Virus record (IMG/VR): IMGVR_UViG_3300046777_002658
Coordinates: 1 to 64,000 of that record
DNA length: 64,000 bases
Source of the DNA: a virus
Reading direction: 5' to 3' (one strand)
Below the pieces are notes generated by a model. The model made no database searches and had not been told where the DNA came from. It saw nothing but the letters and a program-made list of their open reading frames with translations. Below, in pieces: positions 1 to 8,647 of this stretch. Position 1 is the first letter of the stretch; each line of letters opens with the position of its first letter. The position numbers and the translations under genes were made by a program.

Positions 1-134
<134 letters not shown>

Positions 135-283
135 GAGAGGAGGGTTTTTGGTTTCTAGCTTTTTGCGCTGTCTAGGAGAGGCAAGAAGGTCTTTCTGCAT
201 AGCAAGCTTTGTGTTTCATCATTCTTGCATAAAAAGCACTGTTAAAGACTCATAGAGTTGCACATAGTTAAAAAAGAAAAGAG

Positions 284-526
284 TCAAACTATATTTACCT
301 TTTGGTCTTGCATTAATGCTATTAATGGTGATACAACCACTGTTAAACCTGGTTTTAAAAGTGCAGGTAATTGAAAACACAAAGACTTACCCCCACCTGT
401 GGGCATGACTACCATTAAATCACGATTTTGCAGGGCATCTTCGATAACTTGTCTTTGTCCAGGACGAAATTGATCGTAACCAAAATGATGTTTTAAGGCT
501 TGTTCTAAGTGGGGATACTGAAGCAT
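284..526 (-). pseudogene. recQ: 5' fragment of RecQ helicase, truncated after motif Ia
   Basis: MLQYPHLEQALKHHFGYDQFRPGQ...VMPTGGGKSLCFQLPAL...VVSPLIALMQDQ is a typical RecQ N-terminus. It ends in KVNIV-stop after ~80 aa, whereas RecQ is ~600-730 aa. ATG at 526. Confidence 0.9.
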
Positions 527-697
527 GGTAGATGGTTGTCGCGTGTCTGAGTTGTGATGAAGATATGAAAATTTTAACAATTTTGCCGTTGTCTGTGAGA
601 ATAATTAGAGGAGGTTTTGCATTCGAGCTATCAACAATGATATAGTTATATGTGAGCGATCGCACTGGCACTATTATATATTTAGTTTGAATGAACG

Positions 698-735
698 AAC
701 CACGAAGGAGCGAAGGTAGCGAAGGAAGAAGAGTT
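698..735. repeat. Short dispersed CGAAGG repeat, Nostocales-type intergenic repeat
   Basis: CGAAGG x3 in AACCACGAAGGAGCGAAGGTAGCGAAGGAAGAAGAG; the family resemblance is from recall only. Confidence 0.4.
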
Positions 736-906
736 TTAGAGAGTTTTTGCGTTAGTTCTGGTAAGTTGTGTTTGTTGGATATTTTTGTTATAATCTAGGT
801 AAGCTGGTTTTGATAATTACCCAGGGTTTTGTATTTTACTATTTTGTGAAAGAATTTAAATTGTAATGTATTGAGATTAATTTAAAAAAGTGAACTGGAT
901 AAACTC

Positions 907-2859
907 ATGTTTATTAGTATTGAACAGATTAGAGAGTCTCTGAAACATTTAGAAAAGGTAGATTCTTTTTGGGTAATTACTTTTTTGAAGTCTAAGCAAT
1001 TACAATTACCAGTAGGTAATACTATTGAAATATCTCTATATTCGGAAATTAAAGATTTTTTAGAAAAAAACTATAAACTCTATAAGGACTCAACATTTTC
1101 TTATAGATGTTTCCGTTTATCAAAAAATAAAAATAGATGGATAAAACTTAACAGATATGTAAATTCTATAATAGAAGATGTTTATAGAGAGATTTATAAA
1201 GATATCCATACACCAATATTTAGAGAATCATTAATCAATAACATAAATGAAGACAGATGGGGCTGGAAAGATAACTATATTGAAATTTTAAAATCCTGTT
1301 TGTCTCAGTATGATAATCAACTGATTCCTACTTTTCATTTAGCTGTATGGCTATATCGTGAAAAAGAATGGTCATCTGAAACAACACCAGAAGATATTAT
1401 TGAAAAATTTAAAGATGATTTTTTGATAAATGAGCGAGAATTTAACAACTTATTTGATATTTCTATTCCTGAAAATACCAACATAAGCCAGCTTTTCAAA
1501 AATAAAAAAGTGTCTTGGACAGAATTAAAAAATGTTATTGGAAAACCTCCATTTATACCACCCGAAGAAGGTACTTTAACTTATTTAGAAATACAAGGGG
1601 TAGGGGCTGCAAAAAAACTTTGTTTTGAACCAGCAGAAAGACTGAGTTTAATTACAGGTGATAATGGATTTGGTAAAACTTTTTTACTAGAATGTGCTTG
1701 GTGGGCTTTAACTGGACATTGGGCAAATTTACCAGCATATCCAACCCAAACTGTAAGTGAAGATGAACCTGTAATTACATTCACAATTTCTGGAGATTCT
1801 GAATCTGATACAGAGAGTATTTCTTATGATTGGCAACTTCAAAGATGGAATGAAATTAAAAATCGCTCAACTATTCCAGGTCTTTTAATTTATGCCAGAG
1901 TAGATGGTTCTTTTGCCGTATGGGACACAGCAAAACAATATTTATCATCTTCTTCACGGATTAGAAATATTGATAGAAAACCACTTCCTTTTGTGTTTAC
2001 AAAAGATGAGTTATGGAATGGTCAAAAAGATGAAAATGGTAATACTTTTATTAATGGGTTATTACAAGATTGGATTCAATGGCAAAGTAGACCAGATAAA
2101 TATCCATTTAACACCTTGGTAAAAGTATTAGAACGTTTGTCTCCTCCAGAACAGGGTGATTTAGGAATTTTGAAACCAGGAGAACCTGTTAGACTTCCTT
2201 ATGATGCTAGAGAAATTCCCACCATAGAACATCCTTATGGAACTGTTCCCATTATTCATGCTTCCGCAGGGGTACAGCGGATAATTACAATGGCTTATTT
2301 GATAGTTTGGGCTTATGAAGAACATAAAATACAATCAAAACTTATCCGCATAGAACCACAGAAGAGAATGGTTATTTTAGTAGATGAATTAGAAGCACAT
2401 CTTCACCCCCAATGGCAAAGGGCTATTTTACCTGCTTTATTAGATGTGAGAGATGATTTAGCGTCTGATTTACAAGTGCAAATTATGGTTGCTACTCATT
2501 CTCCTTTAGTTATGGCATCTGTAGAACCTAGATTTGATCAAAGAGTTGATAAGTTATTTAGTCTAGAACTGGTGAAAAGCGATTTATTAGGGAATGAAGT
2601 TCAAATTGAAGAACTTCCTTTTATTCGTCAAGGTGTGGTAGATTATTGGTTAATGTCTGATGTTTTTAAATTGCGTCATTCGCGTTCTTTGGAAGCAGAA
2701 AAGGCTATAGAAGCAGCGAAAGTTTTACAATTATCAGATAATCCAAATTCGGAAGATGTGGCAAGAGTATCAAATGATTTGGCAAGGTATTTATCAGAAG
2801 ATGATAGATTTTGGCCAAGGTGGGTTTATTTTGCAGAACAGCATGGAGTAGATTTGTGA
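907..2859 (+). CDS. ABC/AAA-type ATPase (PtuA/Septu-like) with an extra ~220-aa N-terminal domain
   Basis: Walker A GDNGFGKT; signature-like ASAGVQR; Walker B/D-loop ILVDELEAHLHPQWQ; H-loop ATHSP; GTGA overlap with a downstream HNH gene. Confidence 0.8.
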   Translation: MFISIEQIRESLKHLEKVDSFWVITFLKSKQLQLPVGNTIEISLYSEIKDFLEKNYKLYKDSTFSYRCFRLSKNKNRWIKLNRYVNSIIEDVYREIYKDIHTPIFRESLINNINEDRWGWKDNYIEILKSCLSQYDNQLIPTFHLAVWLYREKEWSSETTPEDIIEKFKDDFLINEREFNNLFDISIPENTNISQLFKNKKVSWTELKNVIGKPPFIPPEEGTLTYLEIQGVGAAKKLCFEPAERLSLITGDNGFGKTFLLECAWWALTGHWANLPAYPTQTVSEDEPVITFTISGDSESDTESISYDWQLQRWNEIKNRSTIPGLLIYARVDGSFAVWDTAKQYLSSSSRIRNIDRKPLPFVFTKDELWNGQKDENGNTFINGLLQDWIQWQSRPDKYPFNTLVKVLERLSPPEQGDLGILKPGEPVRLPYDAREIPTIEHPYGTVPIIHASAGVQRIITMAYLIVWAYEEHKIQSKLIRIEPQKRMVILVDELEAHLHPQWQRAILPALLDVRDDLASDLQVQIMVATHSPLVMASVEPRFDQRVDKLFSLELVKSDLLGNEVQIEELPFIRQGVVDYWLMSDVFKLRHSRSLEAEKAIEAAKVLQLSDNPNSEDVARVSNDLARYLSEDDRFWPRWVYFAEQHGVDL

Positions 2860-3260
2860 TTCCGATTAAACCCCAGCCTGAACCTGATGATTTTGATGAA
2901 AAAGTTAGAAAAAAAGGTGAAGAATTTTTAAGTAAAGTTCCTAATCCTGAAAAAAAAGATTGGACAAATCGTGATTATTGGCGGAGGGCATTACCGGATT
3001 TATACAAAGCTTGTAATCATATTTGTGTATATTCCGCAGAGTGGATTTCTTATCAAACAGGTAGTCCAGCAGTTGATCATTTTATTCCTAAAAGTGTTAA
3101 ACCTGAACTAGCTTATGAATGGGATAACTTCCGCCTTATTTGCTCAAAAATTAACTCTAACAAAGGAACAAAAGAAGAGATTATAGATCCTTTTTTCTTA
3201 CCGATAGATAGTTTTATTCTTGATTTTCCTTCTATGGTTATTAAACCTAATCCTAAGTGA
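2856..3260 (+). CDS. HNH endonuclease (PtuB-like), probably C-terminally truncated at the host/phage junction
   Basis: GTG start overlaps the ATPase stop, with GGAG RBS at 2845-2848; CVYS...VDHFIPKS...YEWDNFRLICSKINSNKG HNH motif; only 134 aa. Confidence 0.75.
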   Translation: MIPIKPQPEPDDFDEKVRKKGEEFLSKVPNPEKKDWTNRDYWRRALPDLYKACNHICVYSAEWISYQTGSPAVDHFIPKSVKPELAYEWDNFRLICSKINSNKGTKEEIIDPFFLPIDSFILDFPSMVIKPNPK

Positions 3261-3504
3261 TGGTTTAGTACCTCAAGCTTGTGTCGATGAAGCGATCGCA
3301 GCTTGTGGGGTATTTGGAAAGCTAGAAATAAAACCTTTAGAAGTACCAGTTAAACAAGAAGTTTCTGAAGAACTTATAAAGTCAGTTGAAAAGCTCCTAC
3401 GCAGTCTTAAGTTTCAAGGAGCTTCTGCTGCCTATTTAAGCAAGCAGAAAAAGCTTAGATGTAAGCCAACAGATCAGCCAGCTTTTAATCTGCACCCTAC
3501 TTAA
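3261..3504 (+). pseudogene. 3' remnant of a phage gene cut at the junction
   Basis: Open frame (...VPQACVDEAIAACGVFGKLEIK...) with no RBS or start inside the phage-style sequence; followed by a palindrome shared with the early region at 58-62 kb. Confidence 0.5.
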
Positions 3505-3507
3505 TTC

Positions 3508-3528
3508 TATGACGAACTGTTCGTCATA
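3508..3528. promoter_or_regulatory. Palindrome TATGACGAAC-T-GTTCGTCATA
   Basis: The core ACGAA-NNN-TTCGT recurs at 57955-57979, 60682-60694 and 62004-62024. Confidence 0.6.
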
Positions 3529-3579
3529 GAAATATTGCAAGAAAAAAGATAAAAGAAAGAACTAAAAGGAGAGTAAGCT

Positions 3580-3672
3580 ACGAAAGCCGTAATAGCAATT
3601 GCATTGATGTTTGTAGTGTTTACTGCAAGAGATGACCAGACAGGAGATTGCTTACGCCGGGGTGATTATTGA
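3580..3672 (+). pseudogene. Small hydrophobic ORF with ACG in the start-codon position
   Basis: AAAAGGAG RBS, then ACG AAA GCC GTA ATA GCA ATT... (KAVIAIALMFVVFTARDD...), 30 codons to TGA. Confidence 0.4.
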
Positions 3673-3707
3673 GACGTTAGAGTTTTGAAAAACTAAAGAT
3701 GTGACTT

Positions 3708-3965
3708 ATGGGTGAAGCAAGAAGAAGGATACAAGCTGAGATAAACTTGATGAGACCTAACTGGGCTGTAAAAATAAAAGAGCTACAGCACAATATTTCT
3801 CTATTAGAAGCAGTGGAAGAACCACCAGTAGAAGGCGATAGCTATTATGAGTTTATGGAGGACTTTAAAAACTTTCAAGAAGAACTCTTTGGGCTATCAA
3901 GACTATCAGCAATGACAGACAGACAGTTGAGAAAAATGTACAGCAACCGAGGTTATATAGGTTAA
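3708..3965 (+). CDS. Hypothetical phage protein
   Basis: 85-aa ORF in a co-oriented run of small genes. Confidence 0.6.
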   Translation: MGEARRRIQAEINLMRPNWAVKIKELQHNISLLEAVEEPPVEGDSYYEFMEDFKNFQEELFGLSRLSAMTDRQLRKMYSNRGYIG

Positions 3966-3969
3966 AACA

Positions 3970-4329
3970 ATGACAAACAAAGTTACACAACAACAAATTG
4001 ACGCGCTACTTGATAATGCAACCACAGAAGAGCACCTGTTTCATGGTGGCAAGTCTTTAATCATCTCCTACCAGCTTGAAAACGGCTTCACTATTGAAGG
4101 GCGTGCAGCTATTGTAGACCTTGCAGGCTTTGATATTGAGATTGGTAGAAAGGTTGCTAGAGCAAACGCTGCCAGCCAGCTTTGGGCACTGGAAGGTTAT
4201 CTTCTACAGAACAAACTCTTTGAACAGCAGAGAATTAACGTGTTGAGCATAAGCTTGAAGGCTTTGAGCTCTACAAGAAGTATTTCACCAAGAAAATCGC
4301 CGAAAGGCACAGAAGCCACTTGGCTTTAG
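3970..4329 (+). CDS. N4 Gp49/Sf6 gp66 family protein (Acb4-like candidate nucleotide sponge); last codons run into the IS605 left end
   Basis: KVTQQQIDALL...LENGFTIEGRAAIVDLAGFDIEIGRKVA...LWALEGYLL is the family pattern (NGF..G....D...FD.EIG..IA...LW.LEGY). Confidence 0.8.
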   Translation: MTNKVTQQQIDALLDNATTEEHLFHGGKSLIISYQLENGFTIEGRAAIVDLAGFDIEIGRKVARANAASQLWALEGYLLQNKLFEQQRINVLSISLKALSSTRSISPRKSPKGTEATWL

Positions 4330-4372
4330 ACAGTGGAGGAAGTGCCAACGGCGAATTTATTCGCCTAGATAG

Positions 4373-4774
4373 CTAATGGTGGTGCGGGTCTTCTATGTAT
4401 CTCTTGATGACATCTGCTGAAACTTGTCCAGCAGTAGAATAAAAATAACTATTAGTCCACAAACTAGGAAGTTTAAGTAATTCAAGAAATTCTCGCCTCA
4501 AAAAGCAAGATGAGCGACCTTTGAAGGCCTTAACCACTTGATTGATAGCAACATCTGGTTGATGTTCTACAAACAAATGAACATGGTCTGGGGCAACTTC
4601 AAGAGCAAGTATGTCCCAGTCTTTTTCTTTGGCTAATTCATAAATTATCTGTCGAAGGCGTTTAGCTATCTCTCCGGTCAATACCCTTTTGCGTCGCTTG
4701 GGTATCCACACCAGATGAACTACTGCATTACCTTTTGAGTGATTACCTATCCTATATTCCAAAGTTGTCTTCAT
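4373..4774 (-). CDS. tnpA: IS200/IS605 Y1 HUH transposase
   Basis: HLVWIPKRRKRVL, HUH motif DHVHLF, FKGRSS, LWTNSYF, catalytic Tyr in IKRYIE. Confidence 0.97.
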   Translation of the reverse strand: MKTTLEYRIGNHSKGNAVVHLVWIPKRRKRVLTGEIAKRLRQIIYELAKEKDWDILALEVAPDHVHLFVEHQPDVAINQVVKAFKGRSSCFLRREFLELLKLPSLWTNSYFYSTAGQVSADVIKRYIEDPHHH

Positions 4775-4792
4775 GTTGTTTAGTATCGGCTA

Positions 4793-4822
4793 TTGACAAA
4801 TACATCATATCTCAACTATACT
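4793..4822 (+). promoter_or_regulatory. Sigma70-type promoter for tnpB
   Basis: TTGACA (4793-4798), 18-nt spacer, TATACT (4817-4822). Confidence 0.6.
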
Positions 4823-4853
4823 TCTAAAATCAGCAAACATTGAAGGTCGAACA

Positions 4854-6125
4854 ATGTACAGATGTCAGCAAATTCTCGTTAAGCCTGATAAATCAACAAC
4901 TGCAATCTTGGAGTACGTCTGCACAGAAGCTAAAAAGCTAACAAATTGTGGCGTTTACTATTCCAGGCAGATGTATTTTAAAACTGGACGCATTCCCAGT
5001 AGGGCAGACTTACACAAGCAGTTGGGGACTTATCAGAAAAACATTCATTATCAAGCGTTGTATTCTGATACTTCCCAGCAAATACTAACCAGTGTAGCTG
5101 AATCGTTTAAGTCATACATTGGATTGGCAAAAGCCGCTAAAAAGGGTGAAGTCTCCCAAAAACCACGATTACCTAATTACTGTAAAAGTGTTATGACTGT
5201 AGCTACTTTTACGGGTAGGTCATTAAAGTTAATTAATGGGATGATTAGGTTTCCTTTGGGGACAAAAGTTAAAGCATGGTTTGGGATAGATTCTTTTTGT
5301 CTACCGATGCCATCTAATCTTGATTTTAAATCAATCAGAGAAGTACGCATTCTGCCTAGAAATAGACAATTTTATGCAGAATTTGTCTATCAAGTAAATG
5401 AAGTGCAGTCTGATGTTGACAAAAATAATGTTTTAGGAATTGACCACGGATTGAATAACTGGTTGACCTGTGTTTCTAATCTAGGAACATCATTTATTGT
5501 TGATGGACTTCATCTAAAAAGTTTAAATCAGTGGTATAACAAATCAATCGCTAAACTTAAAAGCTATAAACCACAGGGCTTTTGGTCTAACAGGTTAGCT
5601 GCTATTACAGAAAAAAGAAACCGACAAATGCGTGATGCAGTGAATAAGGCTGCAAGAATAGTCATTAACCATTGCGTTGAGAATAAGATTGGCACTGTTG
5701 TTTTTGGATGGAATAAAGGACAAAAAGACAGTATTGATTTAGGTTCTAAAACCAATCAAAAGTTTGTCCAAATTCCCACAGCAAGATTAAAAGACCGTAT
5801 TGCCCAATTATGTAAACAATACGGAATAGATTTTGTTGAAACAGAAGAATCATATACCTCTCAGACTTCGTTTTTAGATAATGATGTTATGCCTAAGTTC
5901 GGTGAAAAACCCGAAGGGTGGACAGCAAGTGGAAAACGGATTAGTCGTGGTGTCTATAAAACTTCTGATGGGTTCAAACTTAATGCAGACTGCAATGGTG
6001 CTGCTAATATTTTGAGAAAAGTAGCGGTGATGCTAGGAGTTGATCTTAGCGGAATCAGTAGAGGCTGTTTAAGTCAGCCTAAGAAAGTTCGTTTATGGAC
6101 TCTTCAGAAATCTCCGCGTCTTTAG
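4854..6125 (+). CDS. tnpB: TnpB RNA-guided nuclease, RuvC-II-rearranged type without zinc finger
   Basis: RuvC-I LGIDHG; VVFGWNKG in place of the usual Glu; ETEESYTSQ; RuvC-III NADCNGAANI. Confidence 0.95.
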   Translation: MYRCQQILVKPDKSTTAILEYVCTEAKKLTNCGVYYSRQMYFKTGRIPSRADLHKQLGTYQKNIHYQALYSDTSQQILTSVAESFKSYIGLAKAAKKGEVSQKPRLPNYCKSVMTVATFTGRSLKLINGMIRFPLGTKVKAWFGIDSFCLPMPSNLDFKSIREVRILPRNRQFYAEFVYQVNEVQSDVDKNNVLGIDHGLNNWLTCVSNLGTSFIVDGLHLKSLNQWYNKSIAKLKSYKPQGFWSNRLAAITEKRNRQMRDAVNKAARIVINHCVENKIGTVVFGWNKGQKDSIDLGSKTNQKFVQIPTARLKDRIAQLCKQYGIDFVETEESYTSQTSFLDNDVMPKFGEKPEGWTASGKRISRGVYKTSDGFKLNADCNGAANILRKVAVMLGVDLSGISRGCLSQPKKVRLWTLQKSPRL

Positions 6126-6140
6126 ACCGGAGAAGCTTAA

Positions 6141-6303
6141 CACTTTTGAGTATGAAGGGGAGACGAGAGTAACTTTCTGGGAGGAAGAGGATGGCCTTCT
6201 ACTTGTTGAAGTAACCTTTAAGTCTGGGGTGAAGCAGAAAGTCAATATCGGAGAGCTAGATGAGTTTATAAAAGCTAACATCAGTGATCTTGTAGAGGTT
6301 TAA
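6141..6303 (+). pseudogene. 3' half of the phage gene interrupted by IS605
   Basis: TFEYEGETRVTFWEEEDGLLLVEVTFKSG...DLVEV-stop has no start and is in frame with VEHKLEGFELYKKYFT left of the IS. Confidence 0.7.
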
Positions 6304-6379
6304 AATAAATACAAACCTCTATAGGTTCGATAAACTAGTTTAAAATAGCAAACAATTAAAACAACAAGGAACTAAACCG

Positions 6380-6631
6380 ATGGGATTATTTAGCAGAAAG
6401 CCTAGCAAGGAAGAAAAGATTGAAGCACTAGCTGAAGACATCTATGATTGCAACACAAACATGAATGAAAGCCGCAATCCAATACAGCAGCTAGTAGCTT
6501 TGGCGCATAATGAAGAAAAAGATCCTGAGAAGAAACAGAAGATGTTGCAGGAAACCCGCGAGTGGGCTCAAAAGAAAGCAACTGAGATAGTGGAAGAAGA
6601 AGAAAAGAACAAACCTTGGTGGAAATTATGA
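6380..6631 (+). CDS. Hypothetical protein (MGLFSRK... KPWWKL)
   Basis: AAGGA RBS, 83 aa, aromatic/basic termini. Confidence 0.7.
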   Translation: MGLFSRKPSKEEKIEALAEDIYDCNTNMNESRNPIQQLVALAHNEEKDPEKKQKMLQETREWAQKKATEIVEEEEKNKPWWKL

Positions 6632-6957
6632 ATATAGACTTTGACCTCCTAAAAGCCAACACCAAATTACCAATACCCTTTTTCGATGAGAATGGTAAGA
6701 AAATAGGTGTAATAACTTCTCTATCATAGGAGGAAGGGCTATTAAAAGGACAGGCAATAATGCACCCAGGCATAGAAATAAAAATGACACTAGCTGTAAA
6801 AGAAGAGTTTGAGACTACAGGCGAAGCTAAAGTTAGACGTACCCTTCTGCACAATCAGTATCAAGAAGCAAGTCAGCAGATTATCCCTCAACTAACTGTT
6901 GATAACCCAGAGCAAATAAAAACTGAAGATGATATTCTAGAAGCTGCTCAAGACTAA
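6628..6957 (+). pseudogene. Hypothetical phage gene with in-frame TAG at 6727-6729
   Basis: ATG 6628 overlaps the previous stop; MNIDFDLL...ITSLS-TAG-EEGLLKGQAIMHPG... is in frame with track ORF 6760-6957. Confidence 0.6.
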
Positions 6958-6992
6958 TTGAGACGTAAAGCAATAAGAAGTAGGATGTCCAA

Positions 6993-7259
6993 ATGATTAT
7001 CTGCATGGTTGAAAACTGCGCCGCTTGGGATGGGCAAGGTGGTCTTTATTTAATAGACACCTCTCTGTTGACTTCTGAACCCTTCAGGTCATTCCTAGAG
7101 TCTGCTGGGTCAGAACTATATGTTGATGAGGATGTAAAGTTTGGGGTCTGCACAGTTGAAAGACAAGGTTGGAGCTGGCAGTATGAGTCAGACATCCAAA
7201 GAGCAATAGTAAAGCCGCCGCAGTTAGTTCAGAAGTTAATCTCAGTGACGTTTGAATAA
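6993..7259 (+). CDS. Hypothetical protein
   Basis: 88-aa ORF overlapping the start of the next gene. Confidence 0.6.
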   Translation: MIICMVENCAAWDGQGGLYLIDTSLLTSEPFRSFLESAGSELYVDEDVKFGVCTVERQGWSWQYESDIQRAIVKPPQLVQKLISVTFE

Positions 7260-7627
7260 TGAAAAACTCTCACAGATACTTAGTTGAAAGTCTAAAAAGC
7301 ACCAGAAACGACAGCCTGGGCTTATTTCTAGAGAAGCTAATTGAAAAAGGTTACAGAATAAGTGACAGCAATGGAGATTATCTAGTTATAGAAAACTACT
7401 TAAGGAAAGGTGTTGTGGCTTTTGATGAGCTGCGTGAGTTTAAAGGTAAGGGAGTTTCTGGTAAACGACTATTCTTCAACCTATCTGACGAATGGGATAA
7501 GTATCAGCAATCTCCTATTGCACTGCCAGCTCCGGCTAATGAATGTCAAGTTGACTTCGCTTTAAACGCCATAGATAGTTTAAAAGTCCCAGAAGGTGCT
7601 GAGGATTATATCTGGGATTACTGCTAG
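7259..7627 (+). CDS. Hypothetical protein
   Basis: 122-aa ORF with TAATG coupling. Confidence 0.65.
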   Translation: MKNSHRYLVESLKSTRNDSLGLFLEKLIEKGYRISDSNGDYLVIENYLRKGVVAFDELREFKGKGVSGKRLFFNLSDEWDKYQQSPIALPAPANECQVDFALNAIDSLKVPEGAEDYIWDYC

Positions 7628-7661
7628 AGTATAGCTTACAGCCATCAACAAAAATACCTGT

Positions 7662-7850
7662 ATGCCTACCCACGTTGATAAGTTCTTTGCCTACCAGCAC
7701 CTACCGGTAGAGCTACAAAAAGTCAGCAAACCTATAGGTGAGTTAGCAGAATTGATGGACAGTTTATTACCAGACGGGGCTGAGAAGTCCGCTGGTATGA
7801 GAAAACTGTTAGAGGCTAAAGATTGTTTTGTTAGAGCAAAGCTACCTTAA
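7662..7850 (+). CDS. Small helical-hairpin phage protein, Acb2/Tad1-like candidate
   Basis: FFAYQHLPVELQKVSKP...DGAEKSAGMRKLLEAKDCFVRA is a widespread small phage family; the sponge-fold link is inferred from the KL.EA...RA helix. Confidence 0.55.
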   Translation: MPTHVDKFFAYQHLPVELQKVSKPIGELAELMDSLLPDGAEKSAGMRKLLEAKDCFVRAKLP

Positions 7851-8064
7851 TTAGTAGTAGCAAACACAACAAAGCCCTCCACGTTTATTATCTGGAGGTC
7901 TTTGTTGTAAGTCAGTTCTTAGGTTGTATCTCTGGGAATGACTTAACCAAAAGAAGTAGTTGCTAGATGCAGGAAATATGACAAACCTGGGCTAGTTAGT
8001 TACTTTTTTAGCTTATTATGACTGTAGCATAACTTATCAAAACTGGCAACTAAGGTTAAAAACT

Positions 8065-8310
8065 ATGAAAGGAGTATTAATCAAGTAGAGACGGTCTGAC
8101 CCGTATGAAGATAAAGAACAGAGAAAAGCTGCCATAAAGAACGCCCACCGCACTGTCAGACAGCAGACTAGAAACCAACTAAAAGCGATCGCAGAAGGCT
8201 ATAGTTCAGAGGAGTGGCTGCTCCACCAAATCTTTCATGAGCCACATCACCCAGAAAGAGCTTGGGAGACTTTTGAGCAGCCAAGAGTTAGACTTGGGTA
8301 TTTTGATTAA
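8065..8310 (+). pseudogene. Hypothetical gene with damaged 5' end (in-frame TAG at 8086 or lost start)
   Basis: 73 open codons RRSDPYEDKEQRK...VRLGYFD; AAGGAG RBS present but no usable ATG after it. Confidence 0.5.
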
Positions 8311-8320
8311 AGGAGTATTT

Positions 8321-8642
8321 ATGGGAGCAGGCGGAGCAAAGTCAGCAACTCCAGCAGGTGAACAATCTAATTCTTCAAAAGAATTAGAAGTATTAAGTCC
8401 TCACTTACAGCAAAGATGGTTTGAAGCCATAGACAGAGCTGAGTTATCAAGAAAAGGAATGAAGAAAAAGGGAAGACAAGACAGTTAAAAAATTTCGAGA
8501 AAATGTTGGTTTAGGACTTTTTGTAGGTTCAGTCATATCACAAAGTGAACAGTTACCTGAGCCAGCTCCTACAATCACAAAAGTTGTACTAGGTGCGGCA
8601 GTTGTGGCTAAAGTAGTTTTAGACGCGCTGTCGGACGACTAA
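8321..8642 (+). pseudogene. Small probable membrane protein split by a +1 frameshift in the A5 run at 8465-8469
   Basis: AAGGAG RBS and ATG 8321; removing one A fuses MGAGG...RKGMKK to REDKTVKKFRENVGLGLFVG...VVLDALSDD. Confidence 0.45.
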
Positions 8643-8647
8643 ACAAA

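Larger units (their letters stand above)
4289..6140 (+). mobile_element. IS200/IS605-family element (divergent tnpA and tnpB)
   Basis: Left hairpin GAAG-CCACT..TTTAGAC-AGTGG and right hairpin AAAT-CTCCG..TTTAGAC-CGGAG. The guides GAAG and AAAT predict cuts after TCAC (4285-4288) and TTAA (6137-6140). Removing 4289-6140 rejoins an open frame (YKKYFT|TFEYEGE). Confidence 0.9.

Noticed and set aside
907-3260. Retron system
   Set aside because: No reverse transcriptase or msr-msd-like region adjoins the ATPase; the upstream gene is recQ.
3240-3270. attL site of a site-specific prophage
   Set aside because: No matching repeat or integrase in the window, and the junction interrupts reading frames on both sides.
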